DNA of 64,000 nucleotides from contig CAYMXN010000001.1 in assembly GCA_964394435.1 (NCBI GenBank), positions 235,928 to 299,927 on the forward strand, given 5' to 3'. The notes under the pieces were generated by a model. That model was not told the DNA's origin, searched no databases, and saw nothing but the letters and a program-made list of their open reading frames with translations. Shown here piece by piece: positions 38,269-46,764 of the stretch. Position 1 is the first letter of the stretch. Each line of letters starts with the position of its first letter. The stretch is from an uncultured Candidatus Saccharibacteria bacterium (GTDB lineage Bacteria > Patescibacteriota > Minisyncoccia > UBA6257 > 1-14-0-10-44-23). The translations under genes were made by a program, and so were the position numbers.

Positions 38269-39117
38269 TTATTTATTTTTTATTTTTCGCTTTATCCACC
38301 GAAATCCATCAAGCAGGATTGGTGGAATAAACGCCTTTATTACATCTTTAGTAGTAGTTAAATCTACCTCGCGCTTTACTGCTTCGTCGCCAACTGGCCG
38401 CGCTTGAAACAGTGTATTGTGATTCTCGATTCCTTTATTAATCTCCTCGACTGGACGGCCATTCGTATAGTAGTACAAGGCGAGCGACTTACGACTCATT
38501 CCTGGCGGGCAGGCTAACGGCTCTGGATGGCCGTGGTACGTAAAATCATTGGTAGAGAAAATAGCCATGCGATTAAATAATGGCAAAATCTTTGCTTGCG
38601 ATTTTTTCATCTCCTTATCCCACAACTCAAAATGGCCACCGTACTCCTCTTTCCAGTTCTTATTAAGATATACGAGCACGTTAATACGCCGATCGAGATT
38701 GTTATAGTGATGCTTATTAAAATCAGCGTGGATTTTTAACCAACCACCCGGCTGAATCTCATGAAATCCACCCCCATCAAAATATGCGTCCGCAATGAGA
38801 TTTTGAATTCCGGTAAGCTCGGAAAGGAAATCAAGGAATGGCTGTGAGTTTAAAAAGTGAGCAAATTCACGCGTTGCTGGACCAAACTGATCCTCAACGA
38901 GTGTTGCGGCCTTTTTATTTTCGTATTTATTCGCAAATTGTACCGGCGCCTCTTTCTGGAGCGCAGGAAATTCCTTTAAAACCCGATCGAGCAACTCGGT
39001 TGGAAAAAAATTATCAAAATACGTATGCGGAAACGGCTGCGCGCCCATATAGGCCTGATGCTTTTGTTTTCCAAGTTCGCGAAGTTCTTGAGCTGTTTTT
39101 CCGATAAGTGTTTTCAT
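38269..39117 (-). CDS. 2OG-Fe(II) oxygenase superfamily protein
   Basis: KIHADF (HxD) plus a distal YHGHPEP His; overall 2OG-FeII_Oxy-like layout. Confidence 0.65.
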   Translation of the reverse strand: MKTLIGKTAQELRELGKQKHQAYMGAQPFPHTYFDNFFPTELLDRVLKEFPALQKEAPVQFANKYENKKAATLVEDQFGPATREFAHFLNSQPFLDFLSELTGIQNLIADAYFDGGGFHEIQPGGWLKIHADFNKHHYNNLDRRINVLVYLNKNWKEEYGGHFELWDKEMKKSQAKILPLFNRMAIFSTNDFTYHGHPEPLACPPGMSRKSLALYYYTNGRPVEEINKGIENHNTLFQARPVGDEAVKREVDLTTTKDVIKAFIPPILLDGFRWIKRKIKNK

Positions 39118-39139
39118 ACGAGTGGGTAATTGTTATTTT

Positions 39140-40711
39140 TTAATTGAGCCAATGCGTTTTGTATGCGTCGCGATTCCATCCTGTATACAAGTAATCCATT
39201 TGATCGACCTTGTCGTAGTTATATGTTTTGAATCGAAAATTTGTCCAGTCTGCGAACTGCGGGCGCTCTTGGCAAATACAACCCGCAATCGCATCCATTC
39301 CAGTCCCGATGTCGATAAACACTGCATCACTGTACGCTTTTAATCGATGCAGTATTGCTGTTTTTGCGTGCCCCATACCGACAAGGAATATTTTAGCTTT
39401 CGAATTCTGAATTTGCGCACCAATTTTAGCCATTAACTCTTCTGGATAATCGGCCGCCCCTTTTTGCGGTACTCCGATGTATTCAGTAAATGATGGCGTT
39501 CCTAGATACGCTTGGTATGCGGGCTGCTTCATAAGCTCGCTCACTAGCTCCATCTTGTGTTCATTGCCAATCAACCCAATCTGCCCCGAAAACTCCCTAA
39601 AAATCCACCGACTGGCAATAAGAGCATAAATCGCATCGTGTGGAATTGATGGACTATATAAATTCTCAAATACTCCCTGCGCATACTTCTTGAGCGCAGA
39701 AAATACCTTCCAGTCTCCTAGACGAATTAATCGGCGTAAAAATATACGATTAAGCCATAATGGACGCGTAACAAGATACCAAAGCATCTTACGGCGATAG
39801 CGCGGCTCTGGATGATACGAGATAAGGTCATTTTCAAATATGCCGTATCGAAATGGAGCGATGTCGATCTTGTCATAACTCAGCGTACTACCTCTTCGCC
39901 CTGGAGTGGCGCTTCCAACTGCTTTTTTACGCAAAAAGTAGAATTCTCCATCCGACACACGAATTATCGTTCCTCCTCCGAGCACTGCAAGTTGCTTGAT
40001 TTTCTTTTTAAGTGAATCGAAACGTTCTTGAAAACTTGCGCGAAACATTGAATACCCGAGCTCAATTTGCACATCACGAAGACCCCAAATTGTGTAAAAT
40101 CGTCGCGCAGTCTTGCGTCGCTTCTGATAAATCGTCACAGTTTCTGCCCACCACTGATGCCCGTATGGACTTACTGTACTCTTGAGCTCCGCCCGGAATC
40201 GCTTAGTTGCGTTTTTCTCAATCCAAAATCCACGCTTTTTTATCTGTGACTGAATATATCGTGCAGTTCGTGGATTGAAATGCTGCTCGCCGGGATGCTT
40301 TGACCAACTTAAAATGAGAATATCCTTAGTTATTCTCGCAAGGTTATCTAAGAAAATCGCCTCATGTTCTTTTTGCAAATGCTCTCCGACTTCTGTTGAA
40401 TTTACGACCGAAAACGCCTGATCCATACCAACAATCGGCTGACGAAGATCTCTCACTTCGATACAATCTTTAATTTCTGTCGCCGCATTTTGCTTACCCC
40501 ATTCAAAACCCTCCAGCCCCTTTAATGCCAAGTGCGGATAATGCGCCTTAAGATTTTCAAGTAATCTCCCGTTTGAGCAGCCGACGTCGATAAATGACTC
40601 AAACTGTTTTAAGTCGAGCGCGTGCGATAGTGCTTTTCGATATAAATTGTAAAAACGCATCTGACGGCGATACTCATTTTCCTGATACATATGTGAAACG
40701 TCTTGCATCAT
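39140..40711 (-). CDS. Fusion protein: N-terminal SAM methyltransferase plus C-terminal GT-D/DUF1792-like domain
   Basis: FIDVGCSNGRLLENL motif I in the first ~190 aa. The C-terminal ~300 aa ends with IFLVGMGHAKTAILHRLK..FIDIGTGMDAIAG, reminiscent of DUF1792. Tentative. Confidence 0.5.
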   Translation of the reverse strand: MMQDVSHMYQENEYRRQMRFYNLYRKALSHALDLKQFESFIDVGCSNGRLLENLKAHYPHLALKGLEGFEWGKQNAATEIKDCIEVRDLRQPIVGMDQAFSVVNSTEVGEHLQKEHEAIFLDNLARITKDILILSWSKHPGEQHFNPRTARYIQSQIKKRGFWIEKNATKRFRAELKSTVSPYGHQWWAETVTIYQKRRKTARRFYTIWGLRDVQIELGYSMFRASFQERFDSLKKKIKQLAVLGGGTIIRVSDGEFYFLRKKAVGSATPGRRGSTLSYDKIDIAPFRYGIFENDLISYHPEPRYRRKMLWYLVTRPLWLNRIFLRRLIRLGDWKVFSALKKYAQGVFENLYSPSIPHDAIYALIASRWIFREFSGQIGLIGNEHKMELVSELMKQPAYQAYLGTPSFTEYIGVPQKGAADYPEELMAKIGAQIQNSKAKIFLVGMGHAKTAILHRLKAYSDAVFIDIGTGMDAIAGCICQERPQFADWTNFRFKTYNYDKVDQMDYLYTGWNRDAYKTHWLN

Positions 40712-40719
40712 AAATTTAG

Positions 40720-42246
40720 CTATATACTTCTAGGAATTTTTATATACGAACGAATAAGTCGCCAATCGCTTTCTTCAAAGAACCCAAGCACGCGATAGAG
40801 TCCGATAAACACACCACCCGAAAGCCCACCGCAGAGCACGGTCAAAAAAAGAGTTGTCGTTAGTGGAAGTATAAACCATTTCATGAGTACGTAATACATA
40901 ACCCCGGTTATGAGCAACTTCGAAATGAGTTTTGTATGAAACGCAATGCTATCAGTTAAGCCAAAAAATCGGCGCTCACCAAAATACAGCACAAAAGGCA
41001 TTGGCGCTAAACTCGCAAGGTATGCGTATGCGGCACCGGTGATGCCGTACGCTGGTAGCCACCAAGCAAGAAAGACGACGTTTAGCACCAAAAAGAGGAG
41101 CGTGTATTGCGCAAGGTGCTTCACCTTTCCCATGCCGAGCATAAAATGCCCAAATGAGGTAAAAATCCCGAGAATAAAATAAGTTACTGCGAGGATATAT
41201 AGCCCGGTTAGACTCTGCGCGAGGAAATCCTGACCGACCCAGTATTGTAAGATTGGCTTACCAAATGCGATAACAATACTCATAAGCGCAAACCCGATTA
41301 CCGAAACTAAACGCAGCGTTTTACGGTAAATATGTCGTAAGCGCTCATGCTCGCTATTAGCTGAAAGACTCGAAGATACGGGCAAAAAAATACTTGTTAA
41401 ACTTCCGACCGTTCCCTGAATCTTCTGACTAACGGTTCCACTAATATTGTAGTAAGAAACCGCGGCTGGCCCCAAAATCGTACTGATAAGCACTTTATCG
41501 AGCTGAAACAGAAGCGTTGCCGCTGACTCATGCACATACGCATACACATTTAGCTTCAAGTAAGGCAAAAAATATTTCTTTGAATACATAATTCGAATCG
41601 GAATCTCTGGGATAATTTTTCTAAGTGCAAGATAGTAGCTTACAAGCAGTCCGATATTAGTGACTACCTGCATCGCAATGAGACTCAAAACGCCAAATCC
41701 CAAGTCGAGCAATCCAATCATGCCAAGATTAAGCACGATCATGCCGCTTAGATAGATCTTGGTATACACATCGGCTCTATGCGACGCGGTGATCGCGCCC
41801 GTAAAGGCCGAGCACAAACAGCTGAACATAAACCCCAGACCAGCAAGTATAAAGATAATTCTTGCCTGTGCGTGTTCGGCGAGCGGAATCTTGAGTACAT
41901 CAAGACCGTAAAATCCGACCAAGCTTGAGCCTATAAGTCCAATCACGCCAACCCCCAACAGAAGCATGAGCGTCGAACCAATCACTTCTTTTACTCCCTC
42001 ACTCCGCTTATGTCCGTGATATTCCGATACTACCTTTGCGACACCATATGAAAGGCCAAACGTAAGCAGGCTAAAAAACGTAGTAATAACGCTCGCCAAC
42101 ACAAACAATCCATATCGCTCGATGCCAAGCTTATGAATGATGAGTGGAGTTAAGAATATCGTGAAGAAGATTGGAACCACGTACGACAAAAACCCATAAA
42201 ATGAGTTTTTGGCTGTTCGTTTTGAGAGTGACTGAACTGATTCCAT
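40720..42246 (-). CDS. Second oligosaccharide flippase (Wzx/MOP family)
   Basis: 508 aa polytopic membrane protein. Confidence 0.7.
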   Translation of the reverse strand: MESVQSLSKRTAKNSFYGFLSYVVPIFFTIFLTPLIIHKLGIERYGLFVLASVITTFFSLLTFGLSYGVAKVVSEYHGHKRSEGVKEVIGSTLMLLLGVGVIGLIGSSLVGFYGLDVLKIPLAEHAQARIIFILAGLGFMFSCLCSAFTGAITASHRADVYTKIYLSGMIVLNLGMIGLLDLGFGVLSLIAMQVVTNIGLLVSYYLALRKIIPEIPIRIMYSKKYFLPYLKLNVYAYVHESAATLLFQLDKVLISTILGPAAVSYYNISGTVSQKIQGTVGSLTSIFLPVSSSLSANSEHERLRHIYRKTLRLVSVIGFALMSIVIAFGKPILQYWVGQDFLAQSLTGLYILAVTYFILGIFTSFGHFMLGMGKVKHLAQYTLLFLVLNVVFLAWWLPAYGITGAAYAYLASLAPMPFVLYFGERRFFGLTDSIAFHTKLISKLLITGVMYYVLMKWFILPLTTTLFLTVLCGGLSGGVFIGLYRVLGFFEESDWRLIRSYIKIPRSI

Positions 42247-42257
42247 CTCGGCTTTGC

Positions 42258-43172
42258 TTAACTCTTAATAATTCCCTCTTCCTTGAAATATTCAATGAGT
42301 CCCTGCTCAAAACTATATTGCGGCTTCCAGCCAAGGCCAATAATGCGAGTATTATCCATACGGTAGAAGCGATCATGTCCGGCGCGTTTTCCATCGTGAT
42401 AGGTAACTTTTTTCCCAGTTAACTCCTCGGCCTTCTTGATAAGATCAACTACCGTAAATCCATCACGATTGGTTATGTTGTAGGTTCGATCTCCCTTTTG
42501 CATCACTAGATCAATTACCGCGGGGATATTTTTCACATAGAGATATTCACGATATCCTTCTCCGCCGTTTTGTAGTGCGATCGAAAATCCCTCTTTAATA
42601 CTCTTAATTAAGAGCGGCATAATTTTTCGCGTATCCTGACGTGGTCCAAAAATATTACACATACGAATCTCGGTTGTTTTGTCGTGAATCTCTGGAAACG
42701 TATTATCATACGCGTACCGCATTAACGCACCCGCTGCTTTTGAGGCCGAATACGGATTGCGCGGGAAAAGTATCTCGGTTTCATTTTTTGCGTGCTCACA
42801 CTCGCCATACACCTCGTCTGTATTTACATACAATAACTTTTTCAACTTCGGAAGCTGTCGCGCAGCCTCAAACGCATTAAGGTTGCACATATAGTTGTTA
42901 TAAAACACCTCTTCCGGATGACGAATTGAGTGATCGACGTCGGTGATTGCCGCAGCATGAATAATCCAGTCAGGCTGCTCCTCGACAATTAGCTTCCAGG
43001 CAGATGGGCGACTAAAGTCTTCTTTTAAAAGCTTAAATTTACCCGTATGAATCTCTGGATGTGAACCAGTCGAGCAGTTATCAATCACAACTACGTCGTG
43101 ACCTTTTTCGACAAAATATTCAGTAACGTGACTAAAGATAAAACCGAGACCGCCCGTGATGACAATTTTCAT
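42258..43172 (-). CDS. NAD-dependent sugar dehydratase/epimerase (RfbB-like)
   Basis: ITGGLGFIFSH, YSASK (YxxxK) and NIFGPRQ motifs. Confidence 0.8.
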   Translation of the reverse strand: MKIVITGGLGFIFSHVTEYFVEKGHDVVVIDNCSTGSHPEIHTGKFKLLKEDFSRPSAWKLIVEEQPDWIIHAAAITDVDHSIRHPEEVFYNNYMCNLNAFEAARQLPKLKKLLYVNTDEVYGECEHAKNETEILFPRNPYSASKAAGALMRYAYDNTFPEIHDKTTEIRMCNIFGPRQDTRKIMPLLIKSIKEGFSIALQNGGEGYREYLYVKNIPAVIDLVMQKGDRTYNITNRDGFTVVDLIKKAEELTGKKVTYHDGKRAGHDRFYRMDNTRIIGLGWKPQYSFEQGLIEYFKEEGIIKS

Positions 43173-43194
43173 AAATTATGAGTATTAATGGTAA

Positions 43195-43440
43195 TTACCA
43201 ATCCTTCATCGCAACTTTCGCCTTGCGCTTAATTTTTTGATACAAACGTACTGCTTTTTCTTCGACCCGCGGAGAAACGACCCGTAAAATTTCTCGGCCA
43301 AGGATCCGATACTGACCGCCAACCTTATTAGCTTTAATTACGCCTTTCTTAAGAAGACGTTTGATCGTACTCGTACTCACTTTTAGAAGCTCCTTAGTTT
43401 CGTCGCTCGTGTATACGGTATTTGGGTCGATACTGCTCAT
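43195..43440 (-). CDS. Excisionase-family helix-turn-helix DNA-binding protein
   Basis: Trimmed to the ATG at 43440 (the listed ORF starts at a TTG). VYTSDETKELLKVSTSTIKRLLKKGVIKANKVGGQYRI matches the excisionase/MerR-like HTH pattern. TTGACA-N17-TAAAAT ends about 8 nt before the ATG, so the mRNA may be leaderless. Confidence 0.7.
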   Translation of the reverse strand: MSSIDPNTVYTSDETKELLKVSTSTIKRLLKKGVIKANKVGGQYRILGREILRVVSPRVEEKAVRLYQKIKRKAKVAMKDW

Positions 43441-43500
43441 ATCGCCTATTTTAGACGAAGTGTCAAAAGGTGTCAAAAAGGTTCATGGGGATAATCGGTA

Positions 43501-43539
43501 ATAAAAAGAGCGGACGATGTATCTCTACATTGTCCGCTC
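43501..43539 (-). terminator. Strong intrinsic terminator after the Nudix-like gene
   Basis: gagcggac...gtccgctc long stem followed by tttttatt on the minus strand. A second hairpin lies at 43543-43566. Confidence 0.75.
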
Positions 43540-43570
43540 ATCGCCCGCCTGTTGGCGGACGGGTGCGAAA

Positions 43571-44263
43571 CTAGTGACCGAAGCGGTAACCGTAACCCTG
43601 TGCACGCGCCCGATGGGCCGCCAACATCACCTCTACAAACGTGTGGCTCATGTCGTACGACCACTCTCCCTCGATCGGGAGCGTATCGAGAGAGTACCAC
43701 TCGAGGCCACTCGCCTCGGCCTGGTTGTCTCCGCTCTTCACCCCGAACACGACCTGCTGGTCGTGCGTACCCGCGTACGTCACGATGTGGGTCGAGGCGT
43801 AGCTGTGCTTGCCCGGGTCGTGGGAGAATCCGTTGCGATTACGACCGTCCATCTGAGGCGCGTACTGGCGCATACAGACCGGATGGGCCCAACCGAGCGG
43901 CAGCTCGACGTCGATGCCGAGATCGCTCTTGTAGTGGAACTTCAAGGCGTCCTCGATGGACTGGTAAAGTCCGACCACGCCGCCGACGATGGCGAGCTTG
44001 CCAGGAAAGCGCCCCGTCCGACGACGGATGACACCGCCGAGCAACTGACCCGTCTTCGGGTCCTGCTTGACGATGACGCCGTCGACACAGGGCACGGCAC
44101 CGAGCTTCGTACGCAAGGGCCAGACCGCTCCCGAGACCCGCCCGTCCGGCTGGACGAGCTGATCGAGATCCGAACGCTGGGCGAGGATCTCGGCGAGTTG
44201 CCGAGTGCTGTAGCCCACCAGCCGATCCGCAAGGTCGGCAGTCGAATCAGTCCTTTCGGACAT
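43571..44263 (-). CDS. GC-rich Nudix-fold, DUF4916-like protein (degenerate Nudix box)
   Basis: Trimmed to MSERTDSTADL (GGAGG SD 6 nt upstream). AVPCVDGVIV...GKLAIVGGVVGLYQSIEDALKFHYKSDLGI follows the Nudix strand-loop-helix layout without the full GX5EX7REUXEEXGU box. 42/60 G+C at 43981-44040. Confidence 0.65.
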   Translation of the reverse strand: MSERTDSTADLADRLVGYSTRQLAEILAQRSDLDQLVQPDGRVSGAVWPLRTKLGAVPCVDGVIVKQDPKTGQLLGGVIRRRTGRFPGKLAIVGGVVGLYQSIEDALKFHYKSDLGIDVELPLGWAHPVCMRQYAPQMDGRNRNGFSHDPGKHSYASTHIVTYAGTHDQQVVFGVKSGDNQAEASGLEWYSLDTLPIEGEWSYDMSHTFVEVMLAAHRARAQGYGYRFGH

Positions 44264-44314
44264 CGGAAACCTCCGGGAAATACCCTCCGCAACCGATTGT
44301 TGTGGATTAGATAT

Positions 44315-44343
44315 GTTATAGCATAAAATATGCCCAAAGTCAA
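44315..44343 (-). promoter_or_regulatory. Promoter TTGACT-N17-TGcTATAAC with GCATA-TTT-TATGC palindrome in the spacer
   Basis: Minus strand reads gaTTGACTttggGCATAtttTATGCTATAACatat. Confidence 0.65.
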
Positions 44344-44396
44344 TCACCTGCTGTTGCGCCCACAAATCAAAAGCCCGCCAGCTGGCGGACTTTTGA

Positions 44397-46631
44397 TTAC
44401 TTCGTGCTTACTCCCAAGGCTTCAAAGACTGGCATAAATTGAGCGGCGTTCGGATTGCCTAGGAAGAAGTCTGGGACGTGAGCTAAGAACTGCCGTAGGT
44501 ATGTAGCTGCTTCAGCATTTTGGCCAGTAAAAGCCAGTACGACACCGAGCTTGAGCTCGGACTCGTAATCAGCTTCGTTGTACTTGAGTGCGAGACGATA
44601 TAACCTCGCCGCTTCTTCATAATTCTCTGCGTCACCATAATACCCGGCAACAATACGAGCCTCTGGTGCAGTGTTTGGGTTGCGCCCCCTGCTCTTTGCT
44701 AGTTCGATCTCTTCAAATCCTTTTTTCTGATCGCCAACTTCAAATGAAAGCAACCCATAGAAAAAGTGCGGGTCAGCAGCTACCGGATCAAGGTCGATAG
44801 CGTTTTGCATTTCTTTGAGCGCCGCTTTTTTATCTCCCTGGAGCAAGCGAAGCTTTGAGAGCATATAATACGTCTGCTGACGATTGGATGAGATACTTAT
44901 CGCCTTACGAATATTTTCCTCGATCAACTTGAAATACTTTTTATCGAGGTTTTGAAAAATCATTCCGGCATCGGCGCGTACAATGTACAGATAGTAGTTA
45001 TTCGGATCAGCCTGGATAGCCTTATCAAACTGCGCGAGTGCGTAGTCAACAACTGCTATCGTATTTGAAATTTCCTGCTGCTGCACCATCTGCGACAACG
45101 CACTTACCATGCTCTGACTGATCTCGTGCTGATATGGCTCGTTGAGTGCGATTCCTTTTTTATACGACTCGATCGCCTTATCTGGCATTCGATTTACGAA
45201 ATAGTTCAGCCCCCAGAACTGGAGGTGGTTTGCATATACAATTCTACTATTCACTACTACTCCGATGAGCAACCCGGCAACCACTACGCCTACTACGCAG
45301 CCGCCAAAGACCTTCTTTGTTGTAGTAAACGAACCTACCTCGCTGGTTGCACGATGCCGATCTGGAACATACTGGTCGACAAGCGCAATAAACACAATGA
45401 GCATCAAGTACGAGCCAAACGCATCAAAGACGAAAAAGTTTTGAGCGAGATAAGCGACTAGGGCGCCGAGTGCGAATGGGCGGAGCTCCAGAGGCGCGAA
45501 GCGAATAATCGTTCGGATAAGCAAGCCAATAAGTAGTACGTAGGCGAGAAAACCGACTACGCCACTTGTCGCTAAAATCTCAAGATATACGTTGTGCGGC
45601 TTATCCCAGTACGTTTCAGCAAAGCCAGTACGAAGCAAAACTGGGTTATAACGCTGATCAAATGGGTATTTAAAGTTTTCCCAACCATATCCCAGTAGTG
45701 GCTTTGTTTTAATAATATCGATTGCGGTTTTCCAGGCGATTAAACGGTTACCGACGGTCGCATCAAAACTTGAGATTTGAGCTAAGCGATTGAGCCCTGG
45801 GACCTTTTGCCATACAGCTGCGCTGCGGGTAGCAAAAAATACTCCACCAAAAATTATCATCGCGACAATACCGAGTAGCGGGATGTTTTTTACTATTGAT
45901 GTGCGCACTGTAAATGGCTTGAGCTTACGAAGAGCAACATACCCAAGCGTACTCATTGCGCCCAATGTCAAACCAACCAAAGCACCACGCGTCTGTCCGA
46001 GTAAGATAACAACGGCTAGGGTTGCGATGCCAAACCATAGCCAAACTCTTACCCCTTTTCGCTGGGTCGTACGAGCAAGCCAAGCTCCAATAAACATATT
46101 AAACATAAGATATGGAGCTAAAAATGCTGGGTTGCCCATAAAACTACCTGGGCGTTGAGCATCACTCCCCTCAAACACCGTTGGTGCGATTTTTTGGATG
46201 ATCGCAAAAAAGCCAACGATAAAGGCTAAGCCAAATAGATAGCTCATAAATGAGCGCCAGTTAATACGGCGACGCATCGCGACTAATACCAAGAAGTATG
46301 CGTAAAAGTGTAGGAGTGAGAAAATACCAATCGCGCGCTCTTGAATTGACCAAAAACTTCGATGCAAATTAACTCCCGTCAAACTAGCGAGCGCGAGCAT
46401 CCCCAAAAATAAACCTAGGGCGAGTACTAACTTACTTGCCCGAGGACGGTACTCTTTGCGAAATACTGCGAGCCCAATCCAAGCAGCTACTGTTAGCTCA
46501 ACTAAAATATGAAAGCCAAATACCTTTAAGGTTACGAGTGGATAAATGAGGTTATTAATATAGAGCAAAATGGCGAGCGGGCAGATATACAATCCCCAGC
46601 GCACGATTTTCGATAATACGTCTGTGTTCAT
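44397..46631 (-). CDS. O-antigen ligase (Wzy_C)-like polytopic membrane protein with C-terminal TPR repeats
   Basis: 744 aa: about 12 TM helices in the first ~450 aa, then repeated TPR-like helices (AIESYKKGIALNEP..., AIQADPNNYY..., ALKEMQNAIDLDP...). Confidence 0.75.
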   Translation of the reverse strand: MNTDVLSKIVRWGLYICPLAILLYINNLIYPLVTLKVFGFHILVELTVAAWIGLAVFRKEYRPRASKLVLALGLFLGMLALASLTGVNLHRSFWSIQERAIGIFSLLHFYAYFLVLVAMRRRINWRSFMSYLFGLAFIVGFFAIIQKIAPTVFEGSDAQRPGSFMGNPAFLAPYLMFNMFIGAWLARTTQRKGVRVWLWFGIATLAVVILLGQTRGALVGLTLGAMSTLGYVALRKLKPFTVRTSIVKNIPLLGIVAMIIFGGVFFATRSAAVWQKVPGLNRLAQISSFDATVGNRLIAWKTAIDIIKTKPLLGYGWENFKYPFDQRYNPVLLRTGFAETYWDKPHNVYLEILATSGVVGFLAYVLLIGLLIRTIIRFAPLELRPFALGALVAYLAQNFFVFDAFGSYLMLIVFIALVDQYVPDRHRATSEVGSFTTTKKVFGGCVVGVVVAGLLIGVVVNSRIVYANHLQFWGLNYFVNRMPDKAIESYKKGIALNEPYQHEISQSMVSALSQMVQQQEISNTIAVVDYALAQFDKAIQADPNNYYLYIVRADAGMIFQNLDKKYFKLIEENIRKAISISSNRQQTYYMLSKLRLLQGDKKAALKEMQNAIDLDPVAADPHFFYGLLSFEVGDQKKGFEEIELAKSRGRNPNTAPEARIVAGYYGDAENYEEAARLYRLALKYNEADYESELKLGVVLAFTGQNAEAATYLRQFLAHVPDFFLGNPNAAQFMPVFEALGVSTK

Positions 46632-46764
46632 ATAGCTTTGATACTACCAAGTTTGCTCCCCTTTTTCCACCAAAGCAAACGCCCCCTTGCGGGGGCGTTT
46701 GCCGGTTTACTCCACTACACAAATTGCTTTATGTAGTTCGAGCTATCCCATGCTGACGTTACTA

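Noticed and set aside
43517-44343. ORFs 43517..44326 (+), 43552..44031 (+) and 43942..44343 (-) across the Nudix-like island
   Set aside because: These are alternative-frame artefacts of GC-rich DNA (R/P/G/S-rich translations). Only the 43571..44263 minus frame has a GGAGG SD, promoter, terminators and a fold-like sequence.
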